From: Cystobasidiomycetes sp. EMM_F5
Taxonomy: Eukaryota
Length of the DNA stretch: 64,000 nt
Direction: 5' to 3'
NCBI GenBank assembly: GCA_051047955.1
Contig: JBPGPT010000002.1
Location: 806,001-870,000 of the forward strand
Shown: one piece after another, positions 13,239 to 24,715 of the stretch
How the letters are laid out: every line of letters starts with the position of its first letter
Numbering within the stretch: the stretch's first letter is position 1
Made by a program: the position numbers and the translations under genes
Notes under the pieces: model-generated
What the model saw: only the letters and a program-made list of their open reading frames with translations
What the model was told of the DNA's origin: nothing
Database searches by the model: none

Positions 13239-14307
13239 TCATGGGGTCCCTCCTCCTCTGGCGGCAGCTGAAGGTGGCTGGACCGAGTATCCCTCTCTGT
13301 TCGGGTTGAGTGATGGCCGAGCTAATAAGATAGCCAAGATCGTAATGAGGAAGAGGCCCGCCAGTACTGCGCAGGTGATGGCAGCTCGCGCCAGCGTATT
13401 ACATACGTCTTCAGATTTAGCGTCCGTGCATATCCCCGTTTCTTTGATACCCGAATGCAGGGTTCTGGTCTGTAGATAGCCGTCTACATAGATTGTCAGC
13501 AGGAACCTTCTTTTTTAAACATTGACGGGTCTGTCGAACAAGCCTTACCTTTACTGCTAAATATCGCAAATGGCACTATCCACTAGTCAGTATTGAAGAT
13601 ATGCATCAGCTTCATCTCTCATTCCCAGCTCGAAGTCGCAACTTGCCAAGATAAAGAGCAAAATTTCAGCAAACAACAACTTTGAAAGGTGTGAGCGAGT
13701 CGTGAATAGACGATTCGCCTTCAGCCTGTTCATCTTGTCTAGAGAATACGTGAATGTCCCAGGATAGGCTGACTGCGTGGTCAGGGCGGGCATAGTGCGG
13801 TCAGCAGCCGCTCCGCTGCCCGTCCTGCCCGCATTGGTGGTGGCCGCATTGGAGGGATTTATCAGGCGTCGGCTGTACCCGTCATGGGCTCTTCTATTCC
13901 TCCAGTCCTCTGCATCGTTCTTGAAATGAAACATGTCACGCATTGGATGCCGGCCATCTAAATAGCTAAAGACGCTGTCAGCTTCAGTACGCAACAGATA
14001 AGCCGTATTTTACGACGCACATCCATAGACAGTAGATGGTCACGATAGTCACGGTTAATATGGCGACGATATAGCTGGCGCTGGCAACATAGTACGACGT
14101 GTGGTATCGAGCCGCATGGTCCGACTCCACAACCTTACTCTTGAATGATCCCGCCCAGGCAATCTCCAGGCTCGCAGCGGTAATTATGAGTATACCTGCA
14201 ACCCAGGTGATGGCGGCAGAATCCCCGCGGACCCCGCTGAATCGCTTATTGTGGGCTATGGGCTGGACCACACCCGTATTGGCTGGTGTGGTGACCGGCG
14301 CAGACAT
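13239..14307 (-). CDS. Uncharacterised 4-TM membrane protein, tandem copy 1 (MARVEL-like fold inferred), 3 introns
   Basis: The spliced model aligns co-linearly with copies 2 and 3: KRFSGVRGD, YHTSYYVASASYI, LDGRHPMRD, KANRL, SGIKETGIC...CNTLARAAITCAV...LFLI...LARPSLNP. It has four hydrophobic stretches. Confidence 0.85.
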
Positions 14308-14663
14308 CGTTGCCGACGGGCCAGAGTATATCGGAGATTGACAAGTACAGACCTAGCATACTGTACAGGATATGACAGGCGTGCAATATGTGTGAACGGC
14401 ACTGCGGCGGTGTTTAGCGCGAACGTGTCAACGGCATTGACAGTAAGGTGGTTGGACGCACCAGACGCAGTTCAAGTGCTGCAGCCGCAGATTCAACACA
14501 TCCGTGCTTCACTTGAGCAATTGCCTCCGCCGCGCTGAGTGGAGGAGGCATTGTGTCAGAAGAACGAGGGCGCCAGGCTGTGCCTCATGGGGCCTTTATT
14601 CTGTACTATCGCACGGCCAGTAACGATTCCGTAGCGATGCGAGCATGCGTTCTATAGCCCGAT

Positions 14664-15850
14664 CTAGGCTCCTGCAGTTGTGGGGCCAGCTGGCCCATTG
14701 CCACTATTTCTCCTTGGGTCCAAAGCGGGCCGAGCCAATAGAGCCGCAAGAATGGCTATCAAGAAGAGAACCGCTTCGACAGCGCAGGTTATCGCGGTTC
14801 TTGCCAGGTTGTCGCATATTTCGCCAGTCCCATTGTTACGAGCCACGATGCAAATACCAGTCTCGGTAATGCCGGATTCTGCTCGCGATTTGTTTTGTAG
14901 ATAGCTATCTAGACATCCAGGGTGCACAAGTCAATCGTTCTCCGTCTGCTCAACACTTAAACTTACCCTTCGTAGAAAAGCTATTTACGATTGCAATCAG
15001 GACAATATAGTGTATCAGGGCGCGCAATGTGGGCACTCACATGATGAAGAGGACCATGAAGCCGATGAAGAAGGTACTCTCAGCTGCCATCAACTTTGTA
15101 AGAGCAGACCGTTGATTGAACAGTCTTCCGCGTGTATGGGAGAGACTTTAGCTTACCCTCATAGATTCATAAACAACGACCATACTCACCGATTCGCTTG
15201 TATCCTTTTCAGCCGGTCCACGGACCACGTTGCGGCTCCCGGCCATTCAGGAAGATTCGTTATGGGTGCCGGGGCCCCGTCCCCCGCCACTGCCGGATCT
15301 CGACTTATCAGATAGCGGCTGTAGCCACCCCGATTCTCCTCGCTGTTGCGATTCGACCATGACGCTTGAGTATTCTTTTTGTAGAACAGCGATTCTCTGA
15401 GTGGATGTCTTGCGTCGAGGAAGACCCAACCAATATATAAGGTCACAACCACAAGCGTGACTATGGCCAGGATGTACGACGCCTGTCGCGAAAGATGAAT
15501 GTAAGCAAGGCGTGGTAGAGATCTTTGACATCACTTACTCTCGCAACGTAGTAGCTCACTCGATACATGCGAGCATGCTTAGCCACAATTACTTGGTGGA
15601 GAAAAGCATCCGAAAAAACGATTTCGGCTATGGCCGCGCCAACAATAAGAACGGCTACGACCCAAGTGATTGAAGCACCTGAAGAATGATAGCTCAGGAT
15701 TGGTACAGTTCTAGATCAGCTTGAAGCTTACCGTCACCTGCAATATACTATATCTGTCAGCTCGTTGGGAAAGCATGTGTAAGCGCATTTACCTCGAGTG
15801 GAGGTGTACCTCTTGTAATGCGACAGTGGAGCTGTCCCGCCCGTTGCCAT
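14664..15850 (-). CDS. Uncharacterised 4-TM membrane protein, tandem copy 2, 6 introns incl. 6-nt microexon
   Basis: MATGGTAPLSHYKRYTSTRG|DG|ASITW..YRVSYYVAR|ASYI..LDARHPLRE..QANR|L..SGITETGIC...CDNLARTAITCAV..LFLI..LARPALDP. Confidence 0.85.
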
Positions 15851-16175
15851 GAAGCCGCTTTTCGAAAGCTTCCTGGTCCAAGCCTGACAGTATACTCACC
15901 GATTAATTGTATCGAGTTGTGCAGGCTGTGGCGGTCCAGTATGTGAACTTGTATAACTGGCTAGCACAGCTTTCACAAGAGCATTCAGACCTTGTCTGTT
16001 TAATGATGGCGATGAAATATGTCATACGCGCCATACCAAAAAGGGCAACGTACGCAGAGTGAAATTCTTGTCAATTCAGATCTTGCGGGTACTCAGCAAC
16101 AGTTGAAAGCTGTTGGAATTAGTCGAAGTACCCCTTTTCTTGACATTCATCAACCACGTCCGCATTGTAAGAAAT

Positions 16176-17523
16176 TTATTTCGCTTGCGCTTGTATCCTT
16201 CTGGGATCGAGACTCGGTCGAGCCATGAGACATGCGAACAGAGCAATCAGAAACAGTACAGCAATCGTTACTGTGGTTATTGCGGTTTTAGCCAAAGAAT
16301 CGCATAGACCATCATCGTCGCCTTTGACAGCAACGCATATGCCGACTTGTCGGATTCCGGAACGCGAGTCGGGCTTTGTCTGTATATAGCTGTCTAGGAT
16401 TTCGACACACATCAGCATCGGTCACCCTTCTAGCGTGAGAGACGAACCTTTTGCGGAGAAGCTATGAACGCAAGTTAGCTTTGCGACGCATTGTCGATAG
16501 TATCGACTTACAGAATGAAGAGTATGGCGTACTGCACACATGCTCCTGCTCGGTCAGATTGTGCTTGCATTAAGAACCTCATCTGACCTACCGCGATAAA
16601 GAACAAGGCTTCAGCGGCCATGAGCTTGTTCAGATGGCTTCTTTTGTTCATCAGCCTGATCAGTATAGTTACACATTCAGCACAGCGTCAAGAATAGCCG
16701 GGATAGCTGGAGTGCGGCTTGTAACGGACCTGTTGGCTTGCAGCCTCCGCAAGCGTTCAGTACTGAAGGAGAAAGCCGTAGGCCATCCGTGAAGAGACGT
16801 AATGGGCGTAACAGGAACATTGACGACAGTTTGCGCCAAACCGGTACGTCGTTGATTATGCTGTCGAGAAACTAACGTAGGGTTGAACTCAGAGCGTGCG
16901 GTGTCGTTGTTGCGATCACTCCAGTCTTTCCTTGACAAATGTCGATAGAGGAACGCATCTCTCATCGGATGACGGGCATCAAACCAGACCCACAGCAAGT
17001 ACAGAATGACTATGACCAATGCAGCAATTGAGATGATGTACGAAGCCTGGCAAAGGTCAGCGCTCAACGAGCCGAAATGACGACCGGAAAATGCATGTCT
17101 CACCCTTGCGACATAGTAGGACGTCCGATACGCTTCGGAATGTCGAGCCTCAATTACTTTGCTACTGAATGACTGAGAAAATGCAACTTCCATGGACCCG
17201 GCTACTACGATGAGCAATCCGGTAGCCCAGTTGATGACGGCGCCTGATTCGAGGAACATGTAGTTAGTGTTTCCCCCATTCTGCCTTGTTGACGCAGCAT
17301 TAGCTCACCGTCCTGAGGGCGAAATCCCGGGTCAATATCACGGTGGCATGACTGCTATATAAACGGAAAAGAGGAGGGCACTTACTCCTCGAGTACCTGT
17401 GTACCTTTTGTTCAGATGTGCCGAGGACGCCTCGATATCACCTGCTACATTCGCTGCGTTGTTTCCTGTCGCTGCGTTATTTCCGGTGGCTGCATTGGTT
17501 GCTGCTGCTGCATTTGTAGCCAT
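16176..17523 (-). CDS. Uncharacterised 4-TM membrane protein, tandem copy 3, 7 introns incl. 4-nt microexon
   Basis: MATNAAA..KRYTGTRG|DG|AVINW..YRTSYYVAR|ASYI..FDARHPMRD..QANR|L..SGIRQVGIC...CDSLAKTAITTV..LFLI..MARPSLDP. Confidence 0.85.
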
Positions 17524-18031
17524 ACTTGTAACGACTTGCCGGAAAGTAAGGTTGCTTTGAAAAGCGATAGAACTGTGCATACGGATCCCTTCCAAACATC
17601 GTCAGTTCATACGGACAATGCCTCGATACTTACATTTTCACCGTCAAGCCAGTTGACTGGGGCAACAGCACCGCTCAAACAGTGCATAAGGGGATGAGGG
17701 AAAGTGTCAGGATCATTGTTGTCAGGCTCTGTAAGTACGTCAGTGTCTGCTTTTCGATGTCAGGTGGGGAAGACTGCCTGGAAAGCGCGTAATCAGGAAT
17801 TCAGCGGTCAAAGCCGCAGGCAAACAAACGGCGGTCAGTACTGTCAGCTGCGCCGACTCGACGACGCACGACAAGAATCGTTAATCGCTCGTCTGCTTTT
17901 GTATTTGACGAGGTTGCTTATGGAAAAAGAGAGGGTTGTTATTTCAAATCCAATCTCTTTGAATTTGTGCCAGTTTGCCCAGCTAACATCCATACCAATG
18001 CCAGCTTGGCCAGAAGAATATCTGCAATATC

Positions 18032-20232
18032 ATGTCGTCAAGAGGCAGAGGGAGAGGCAGGCCACAGCGCCCAGCTTCTCCAATAGCTGCAACGCTAGAA
18101 ACTGGAAATTATGACGGCGACAAGGATATCGCTGTGGAATCGCAGTATGGCGATGTCAGCATGGAGGACGCTCAGGCTGGACCGTCATCTCTGGCTTCCA
18201 CATCCTTCAACAGCAGCCTGAGAGCTGGATCCGTAGCTCCTGGCACAAGTTCTGGAGGTCCGACGTTGCTCAGACGAAATGTATACGCTGGGACTGGCAA
18301 GATGAAGTTTACTCCAAATATGGTCAGGCGCAAGGTCAAGACAGAGTGCGTTGAAGCAATGGCGACCGCGTTCGAAGCATTACTTTTATAACTAACCGTT
18401 ACGATGTTCTCTAATTCGCCTGTTTAATCATTTTTTTCGCAGAGACGATGTCAAGACAGTCAGTACACACTGCTACTATGACTGCGCTGACCCGAAGTTG
18501 CTGACAAATTCATGCGTTGTCACACTCCTCTTCGGTAGGAAGAAGTAGATCCGTACATATCATTACGTGACCCATCTGCGCGTGGACGTGGACAAGGACG
18601 AGGGAGGGGCCGAGGTCGAGGTGGTGCCGATGTTAGCGACCGTGATCGCATGGAAGCACAAATGACTGCCAGCGGCGCCTTCGCTTTCGGTCCAGCAGTT
18701 TCAGGTAAGTCGGCCGTACAAACGGTATTTTACGCTGCTCAGAATGATACGATAGAGCGCGAACCCAAGAAACGTTCTTTGGCTCGAGTCGGCGAAGGAT
18801 CCTATGCACGAGCTGGAGGGGCAACAGAGTCTGGAACGTCCAAAGGCCCCGCCCCAATCTCATCTACAGCCCTTCTTATAGACTCGGACGCAGAGGAGGA
18901 CGGTATACCCAACAGCTACGGCGGGCGAGATAAGCTCAAGACAGTGGATCTATATGACATTGGCGCTGAAGGCGAAATGGCACCTCTGGTAATGCCAAAG
19001 GACGAAAAGAAGTGGCAGGAAGAAGAGACGTTGCGCTTGGAGTATGCTAAAGCCATGGAGAAGCTTTCGTTGACACACAAGGGTACATCTGCAAAAGCAG
19101 CAGAGAGTGGCACGCCGCAGCCTGCCAGGGTGAAAACGGACCCATACGAAGAGGACGAGATGAATGCCGCGTCGCTTTCAGGGACACCGCGCAGTGCGAG
19201 TATTGCGAGTCGCTCATTGTCGCGTGCGCAGACTATCGACAGCACGACACACTCCAGCGATATCGAGGTGTTGCAAGATCTTATTCCACCAATACCATCA
19301 GACGAAGCTGCAGCGACTCTAGGAGCCGAGCAGATACAGATCCACATCAAGAAAGAGGATATTTCTGTGCATTTCAACCTACAACCGACTGAAGAGGACC
19401 CATCGCCCGAACGCTTTCATATATTCCAATTCCCCCGCTTGTTTCCTCAATTCTATGACCCTGCTGATCCCGTCCAAGTCGATCAGTACAATCCTGCAGG
19501 CGCTGCTAAACGAGAGCCTGGTACTGCCGAAAGTTCAGCTGCCACGCTGGGCTCCAATGCCGCTGCTGCAGTAGTCACAGGCGAGCTCGGTTCAGCCAAG
19601 AACCGTATAAAGTCGGCTTTACATGAAAGCGAGTCTGAAGCTTGGAGAACGTATGAGCCTGGGAAATGGCAAGGCTGGGGACGCAATCCCGGGCAAGAGG
19701 AGCGTGAGACATTGGCAGGTAATCCTAGTGCTGAGGGACGAATTGGTCAGATCAAGGTCCGAAAGAGCGGCCGTACAACTATGACTTTGGGCAACATCGA
19801 CTACGAAGTGAGTCACTCTCGAAAGCTGCGAAAAGATGTAGATTGACATTTTCAAACCTCCTCCAGATCCAACCTGGCGCACCACTCAGCTTTCTACAAG
19901 AGTTGGCCGTCTTGGACGTCAAAGATGCAGAGAATCCTGGATTATATGTCATGGGCCAGCCGCACAACAAATTTATTGTGGCTCCGGAGCTATCGAAGTT
20001 GTTGAAGCTGGGCATTGAGGAGCAACGGGTAGCTGAGCGGTTGCGAAAGGAGCAAGAGGTTAAAATGCGCAGGATCAAGGTGGAAGAGCGCGAAGCTGCT
20101 ACTGCAGCAGCTCTGAAGAAAGCCAACGCTAAAGCTGCGGCTGCAGCAAAGAAGCCTCTTCCTCCTACGGGTCGTGGCAGGGGGAGACCGCCAGCGGCTT
20201 CTGCAGGCACACCTGGACCTCCCAAGAAGTAG
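18032..20232 (+). CDS. RPC53: RNA polymerase III subunit RPC4 (C53)
   Basis: 'KMKFTPNMVRRK' N-terminal motif, 'ASGAFAFGP', 'FHIFQFPRLFP', and C-terminal Rpc4 domain 'EGRIGQIKVRKSGRTTMTLGNIDYE|IQPGAPLSFLQE...LYVMGQPHNKFIVAPE'. Confidence 0.9.
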
Positions 20233-20352
20233 GATATATTATTTGCGCCTTGTAATGCTGGATTTTCATTTCTTTCGCTCTGTTTAGTGACCTTGAGTCC
20301 CGCATGTTGTTGACTCGCGTACAACCGCAACAAGTCATTACTGTGCGAGGCT

Positions 20353-21780
20353 ATGGATCAGAATGCCTTCCGGTCTATGCTAGCTGCGCCGCGAGTCAGC
20401 GCGCCATCATCGTCGTCGTTGTCAGCCCATAATGCACTCGGCGCTGGCAGCCGCAAACGACGAAACGACGGCAGCAGCGTTGGCTGGCTGGGCGGGGATG
20501 GCTCAAAAGCTGCAGCAAGTCACAGCAGCAGCGATGCCAACCACTTCAAGCCTCGCGGTCAGCAGGGTAAAGCGAGTGCAGAGCCAACATCGTCATTAGC
20601 AGCTCCATCGTACAAGAGATTTGGCTACGTCGACCGGGCTGCAATGCGAAGAGCGGGACTCTTGGACGAGGATACCGTCGAGCCAGGCTTCAGAGGTGAG
20701 TGCGATTTCCTTGACATTGTACAGTCGAAGCTGATTGTATCTACGAGTAAAGGACTGAATCCGTTACTTTTAGCGACTCCAAATGAACCCGTAAAGACAG
20801 AAGAGGAGGTTGAACAGGAGCTAGAGCAAGCTGAACGAGATCTACAATACTCCGTTGAGGCATCAGACGAAAAGGCTGACCCAGTAGAGGCCGAAAAGGC
20901 GCCCAAACTAATATCGAATCAACCAAAATCCAGGGCGGAGAAGCTGAGAGAGCTACAAGCTAGAATAGCTGCTGCGTCCAGCGGGGCCGACCCGTCACCT
21001 CCGCCGCCAGTCGAGAATGCGAGACCTACTGCAACAGCTAGCTTGGCAAAACAACCCGAGCCCACCAACGTACCTAAGGGTTTCAAAGTCGTGCAAGCAA
21101 AGCCGAAAAAGAAGAAGGCAAAACAAGGAGATGCGGATGCTGCTCCCATTACGGAAAGTCTCAACGGCAGCAGCGTGAAGCCAGCGTCGGCCGCGAATGG
21201 CAACACAGCCGGGCTAGAGAACACCGCTGGTGACGACGAATTTGATCTCTTTGCCGGCGTGGGGGAATACAAAGGCGATTTGAGTGATGAAGGAGATGAT
21301 GACGGGGAAGAAGGAGAGGTGCAGGGGGAAAAGCCTGCAGATACAGCTCAAGATCAAAAGTCTGAGCGCAGAGAGAAGTATTTCGACGATGAGGAGAATC
21401 TCATCCCGAAATTTCAAGCATACAGATCTCCCACTCCGCCTCCACGGGAGGAGCGGCAGGGGGGGCACAGGAATCCTTACGCTACGGAGTCTGGTGGAAA
21501 CGAAATCAACAGACCACAACGGTTGGAAGGGCTCAGTGCATCGGGTCGACAGGGTGGTTTATCTGCACGAGAGCTGCTCGAGCTCGATGACGAAGCTGCG
21601 AGGGAGGAGAAGAGACGCTTGCGAAAGCTCAAGGGCAAAGATCGTAAAGAAGCCAACGAGCGCGAGGCAGAATTATCTGGGAAAGCTTCGAGTGAACAGA
21701 AGGCTAAAGACCGTCTCAATCGCGAGGTCCAAGAATACGAAAAGTACGAGCAGAAAAAGAAGGCCAGAACGGACCGATGA
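20353..21780 (+). CDS. RED/IK-like (RED_N) spliceosome-associated protein
   Basis: 'MDQNAFRSMLAAPR', 'YVDRAAMRRAG', and spliced 'RGLNPLLL' (compare RED 'YRDRAKERR' and 'KGLDFALL'), plus 'DLFAGVGEY'. Likely 57-nt intron at 20696-20752. Confidence 0.7.
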   Translation: MDQNAFRSMLAAPRVSAPSSSSLSAHNALGAGSRKRRNDGSSVGWLGGDGSKAAASHSSSDANHFKPRGQQGKASAEPTSSLAAPSYKRFGYVDRAAMRRAGLLDEDTVEPGFRGECDFLDIVQSKLIVSTSKGLNPLLLATPNEPVKTEEEVEQELEQAERDLQYSVEASDEKADPVEAEKAPKLISNQPKSRAEKLRELQARIAAASSGADPSPPPPVENARPTATASLAKQPEPTNVPKGFKVVQAKPKKKKAKQGDADAAPITESLNGSSVKPASAANGNTAGLENTAGDDEFDLFAGVGEYKGDLSDEGDDDGEEGEVQGEKPADTAQDQKSERREKYFDDEENLIPKFQAYRSPTPPPREERQGGHRNPYATESGGNEINRPQRLEGLSASGRQGGLSARELLELDDEAAREEKRRLRKLKGKDRKEANEREAELSGKASSEQKAKDRLNREVQEYEKYEQKKKARTDR

Positions 21781-22180
21781 TGTATTCCTTGGGAATATCT
21801 GCTTGTTATCTCAACAATGTTATTGAGAACATGGCATATACACGGAGCTTGGAGTGTTTCATCGCCATTCTGTACATTGTGCTTGTCCTGCAGGATTCTA
21901 CAATGTCCCTCTTACAATTAATCTCGCTTCTAGTACTGCACAGCTGAGGCGTAGGGTACAGATTCAAGACGAGCTTGTTTTGTTTGTTACTGCTTGGTCG
22001 TCAGGGGTATCGAAATGTATGGCTATAGAAATGTGGGATCGTAAAGTTTCGTGGAATATACTTTGGGGTCCGATTGTGAAAAGTGTCCATTCTGCTATGT
22101 TGAATACTGCTTTGGGGTCTGATCTTATCGCTTTCGCGAAGTGGGGTGAAGGGCCACGCTCTAGCGAAATTGCATCGAGC

Positions 22181-24129
22181 CTATCTGTTCGTACTGTAGA
22201 AGCCTATTCGTGGCGGCTGGGATGCAGCATTCGTCACGCTCCCGTAATCAAAGACTGCAAATATGCTCTGATCAGTCAACAATTCCGTATAAGGCGTACG
22301 TAGGATGTGTCCTCACCTGTAACGACGTTGCGGAGGAAGACATCACCGAGCTGATAGGTCTGGGACGTGTCTGCTCCCACTTCGTTCGCAGTCGGCGTGA
22401 AGGGCTGCATTTGGGCTTGGCAATCGGTGGTCGCATAACCTCCATAATTTGCAGAGTCGATGGCTGCAGTGGACGGGACAAGTACGTCCTGTTTATTGAG
22501 CGTGAAATTTCGACCTGCAAACTGAAAGACGAGGTTGAAGGTCGTATTGCAAGGAATGACATAGTTGCTCGGATTTGCCGCCCACGCATTGGTGATTTGT
22601 TCGAGAACATCGGTTGCAATTCCCATTATTGGGTTGCCAGTGTCGATGAGTGCATAGTTTGAATTTGCCTCTGGCTGGATACGACTGTTGATGAGTTTGG
22701 CGCCGTTAAAGTATATTGCTTCCAGTGCGGTCGTCCATCGGTTCCCAGCAGATGAGGGGAAGCCGTAGTTTTTATATGTATCCGAGATGGTAACGACTGG
22801 CACGTTGGACCACGTAAATTGCGAAGCGCTCATGCCGGGCGGATAGGCACCGAAAGTGAATGATCCGTTCGAGAGGGTCGCCTGTGGCGAAGTTGGCAGG
22901 GTGCCACCTGACGTTTTCGGATTGTTGCTTCCCGATGGTCCAACGCGGTTCACAACCAGACTAAACATTGCATTGGCAATCTTGCCTTGCGTCTGAAGTA
23001 GCGGTACTATTGGAAAGTAGGAAGCTGATACTGCAGCCGAAACGGTTTGCTGTGTCCGATGATACGTCGCCATGACTGCATTCTGTAAAGAGTGGAACAA
23101 GGATTTGTGAGATGCTGTTCCGAAACAGTCGTCGGCTTCAAGAGCACTTACAGTCCAAATGTTCCCGTTCAGAGGGAAGCCTAATCCCAGTAAGCCGGAT
23201 GCTCCCACTCCATTACTGGTCTGGTACAAGTCTGCAAAGCTGAGATTTGTCGCACTGAGATCGGTCGAGTCTAGCTTAATATTCGATAGCAGTACTGATC
23301 CAATTGTATTCGTTACGCCGTTTCCGCTGTCAATAATAAGAGATGGCATCAGCAGAGTACGTGTATGGGTAGAAGAGCACACTCACGAGCCGTAGCTTGC
23401 ATTATATATTAACCCCGTGCTGTACAAGGGCGAGGCGGTCGCATTGTTGAAAAGAGCGGGTGATTGTCCATTGTATTGATTTGAAGGCTGTACAGAGTAC
23501 AGGAAAGTGTCTGTGAGTGGAGACGGGGTCAGTCGGGACCGTGTCGGCAGATTCTCAATTTGGCTCACCCGTGCTGCCGGTGTCAAGAATGACCTGATTT
23601 GTAGGGTAAGGAAGAGATGTACTGTAATCAGTGAAAGTTGTCACAGAGTCGCGATGAGTAGCCTACCTCCATTGCCTGTCCTCCCATGGCGATTTCTACA
23701 ATATATCTGAAATTCGTTGAACAGGTTGTACGTCAGCGCGACATGCTTTTTCGTAAAAGTGCACGGAAAGACGCCTCACCTAGCATCATACAAGTTGTAC
23801 ACTTCTTGCTGCACATCGACCGCTCTCCTCTCGAAATCCGTCACTACATCCACACTTCTCGTGTGCAGGTTGTCCATCTGCTCCAGGAGCCACCTCCTCT
23901 TGCTTCTCTTGTCCTCGCTGCCATGCCTGCTGTGTACCCTTCTCTGCTGAAAGTTGAGCGTCAAGGCCGTCGACGGAGCAGCAATATCCTCGCTGCTGCT
24001 GCTGCTGCTGCTTCTTGGCGATGGCTGAAGTGGCGAGAAGCCTAGGGGCACCGGAGAAGCTCGACAGGTGCACGCAAAGCAGGCTGAGAGCACAGCTGCT
24101 GCTGTCCACTTCATGCTTGAAGATGGCAT
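22181..24129 (-). CDS. Secreted pepsin-like (A1) aspartic protease
   Basis: Signal peptide, catalytic 'VILDTGS' (about 23575) and 'ALIDTGN', flap 'SYGS', 'GLLGLGFP', and end 'LGDVFLRNVVT|VFDYG...RIGFYSTNR*'. Confidence 0.92.
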
Positions 24130-24715
24130 GAGTCTAGCTTCCAAGATCTTGCAATAATTTATCGGTCAGAGTCGCACGGTGTCGCCGCAGCCGGCCGAGA
24201 GAAGGTGAGGCGGTGAGCAGAGAGCGCAGTTATTTCGAAACGAACGAGTGTGAGCCAGCCCAGCCCGCAGCCAGAGTTTACGTATCCAGCTCTTAAAAAG
24301 AAAGCAGCTGTTCCTTTCCGTTTGCTTCGTTCCTTGGCCGCTGCCTCAGCCCTTTCCCGAAGTGGCCGCCGCCCAATCGAGAAATTTGCGCGTAAAGTGA
24401 TGACGGATGCGGTCAGCGAGAATGGGTCAGGCTGGATAGTAAGTATGAGGGGATTAGTAGTCAGTCGAGAGAGTGGCCGTAGTTATCAAGGATTTATTGC
24501 TAAACACCCAAATACTATTGCTGCACTGCGCTGTCGAGCTCAAGCCCGAAAATGACGGCGGCGGGACAGCTCCGCGTGGCAGCGATCGAAAAATTTGCAG
24601 GCGGAGAGGCAGCGACAACGGGAGCCTGAACGCGGGCAGGCAGTATTTAACGAGCATCGCACACAGCGTACACTGAGTCTACACACGCCTCTGTCTCTAC
24701 ATCCGCATTTCAAAA

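Noticed and set aside
14221..14232. RGD tripeptide conserved in all three 4-TM paralogs as an integrin-type adhesion motif
   Set aside because: It sits immediately before TM1 with no signal peptide, so it is probably cytosolic and juxtamembrane. It is more likely a structural motif.
23990..24013. (GCT)n run
   Set aside because: Ordinary poly-Ser microsatellite in the protease propeptide.
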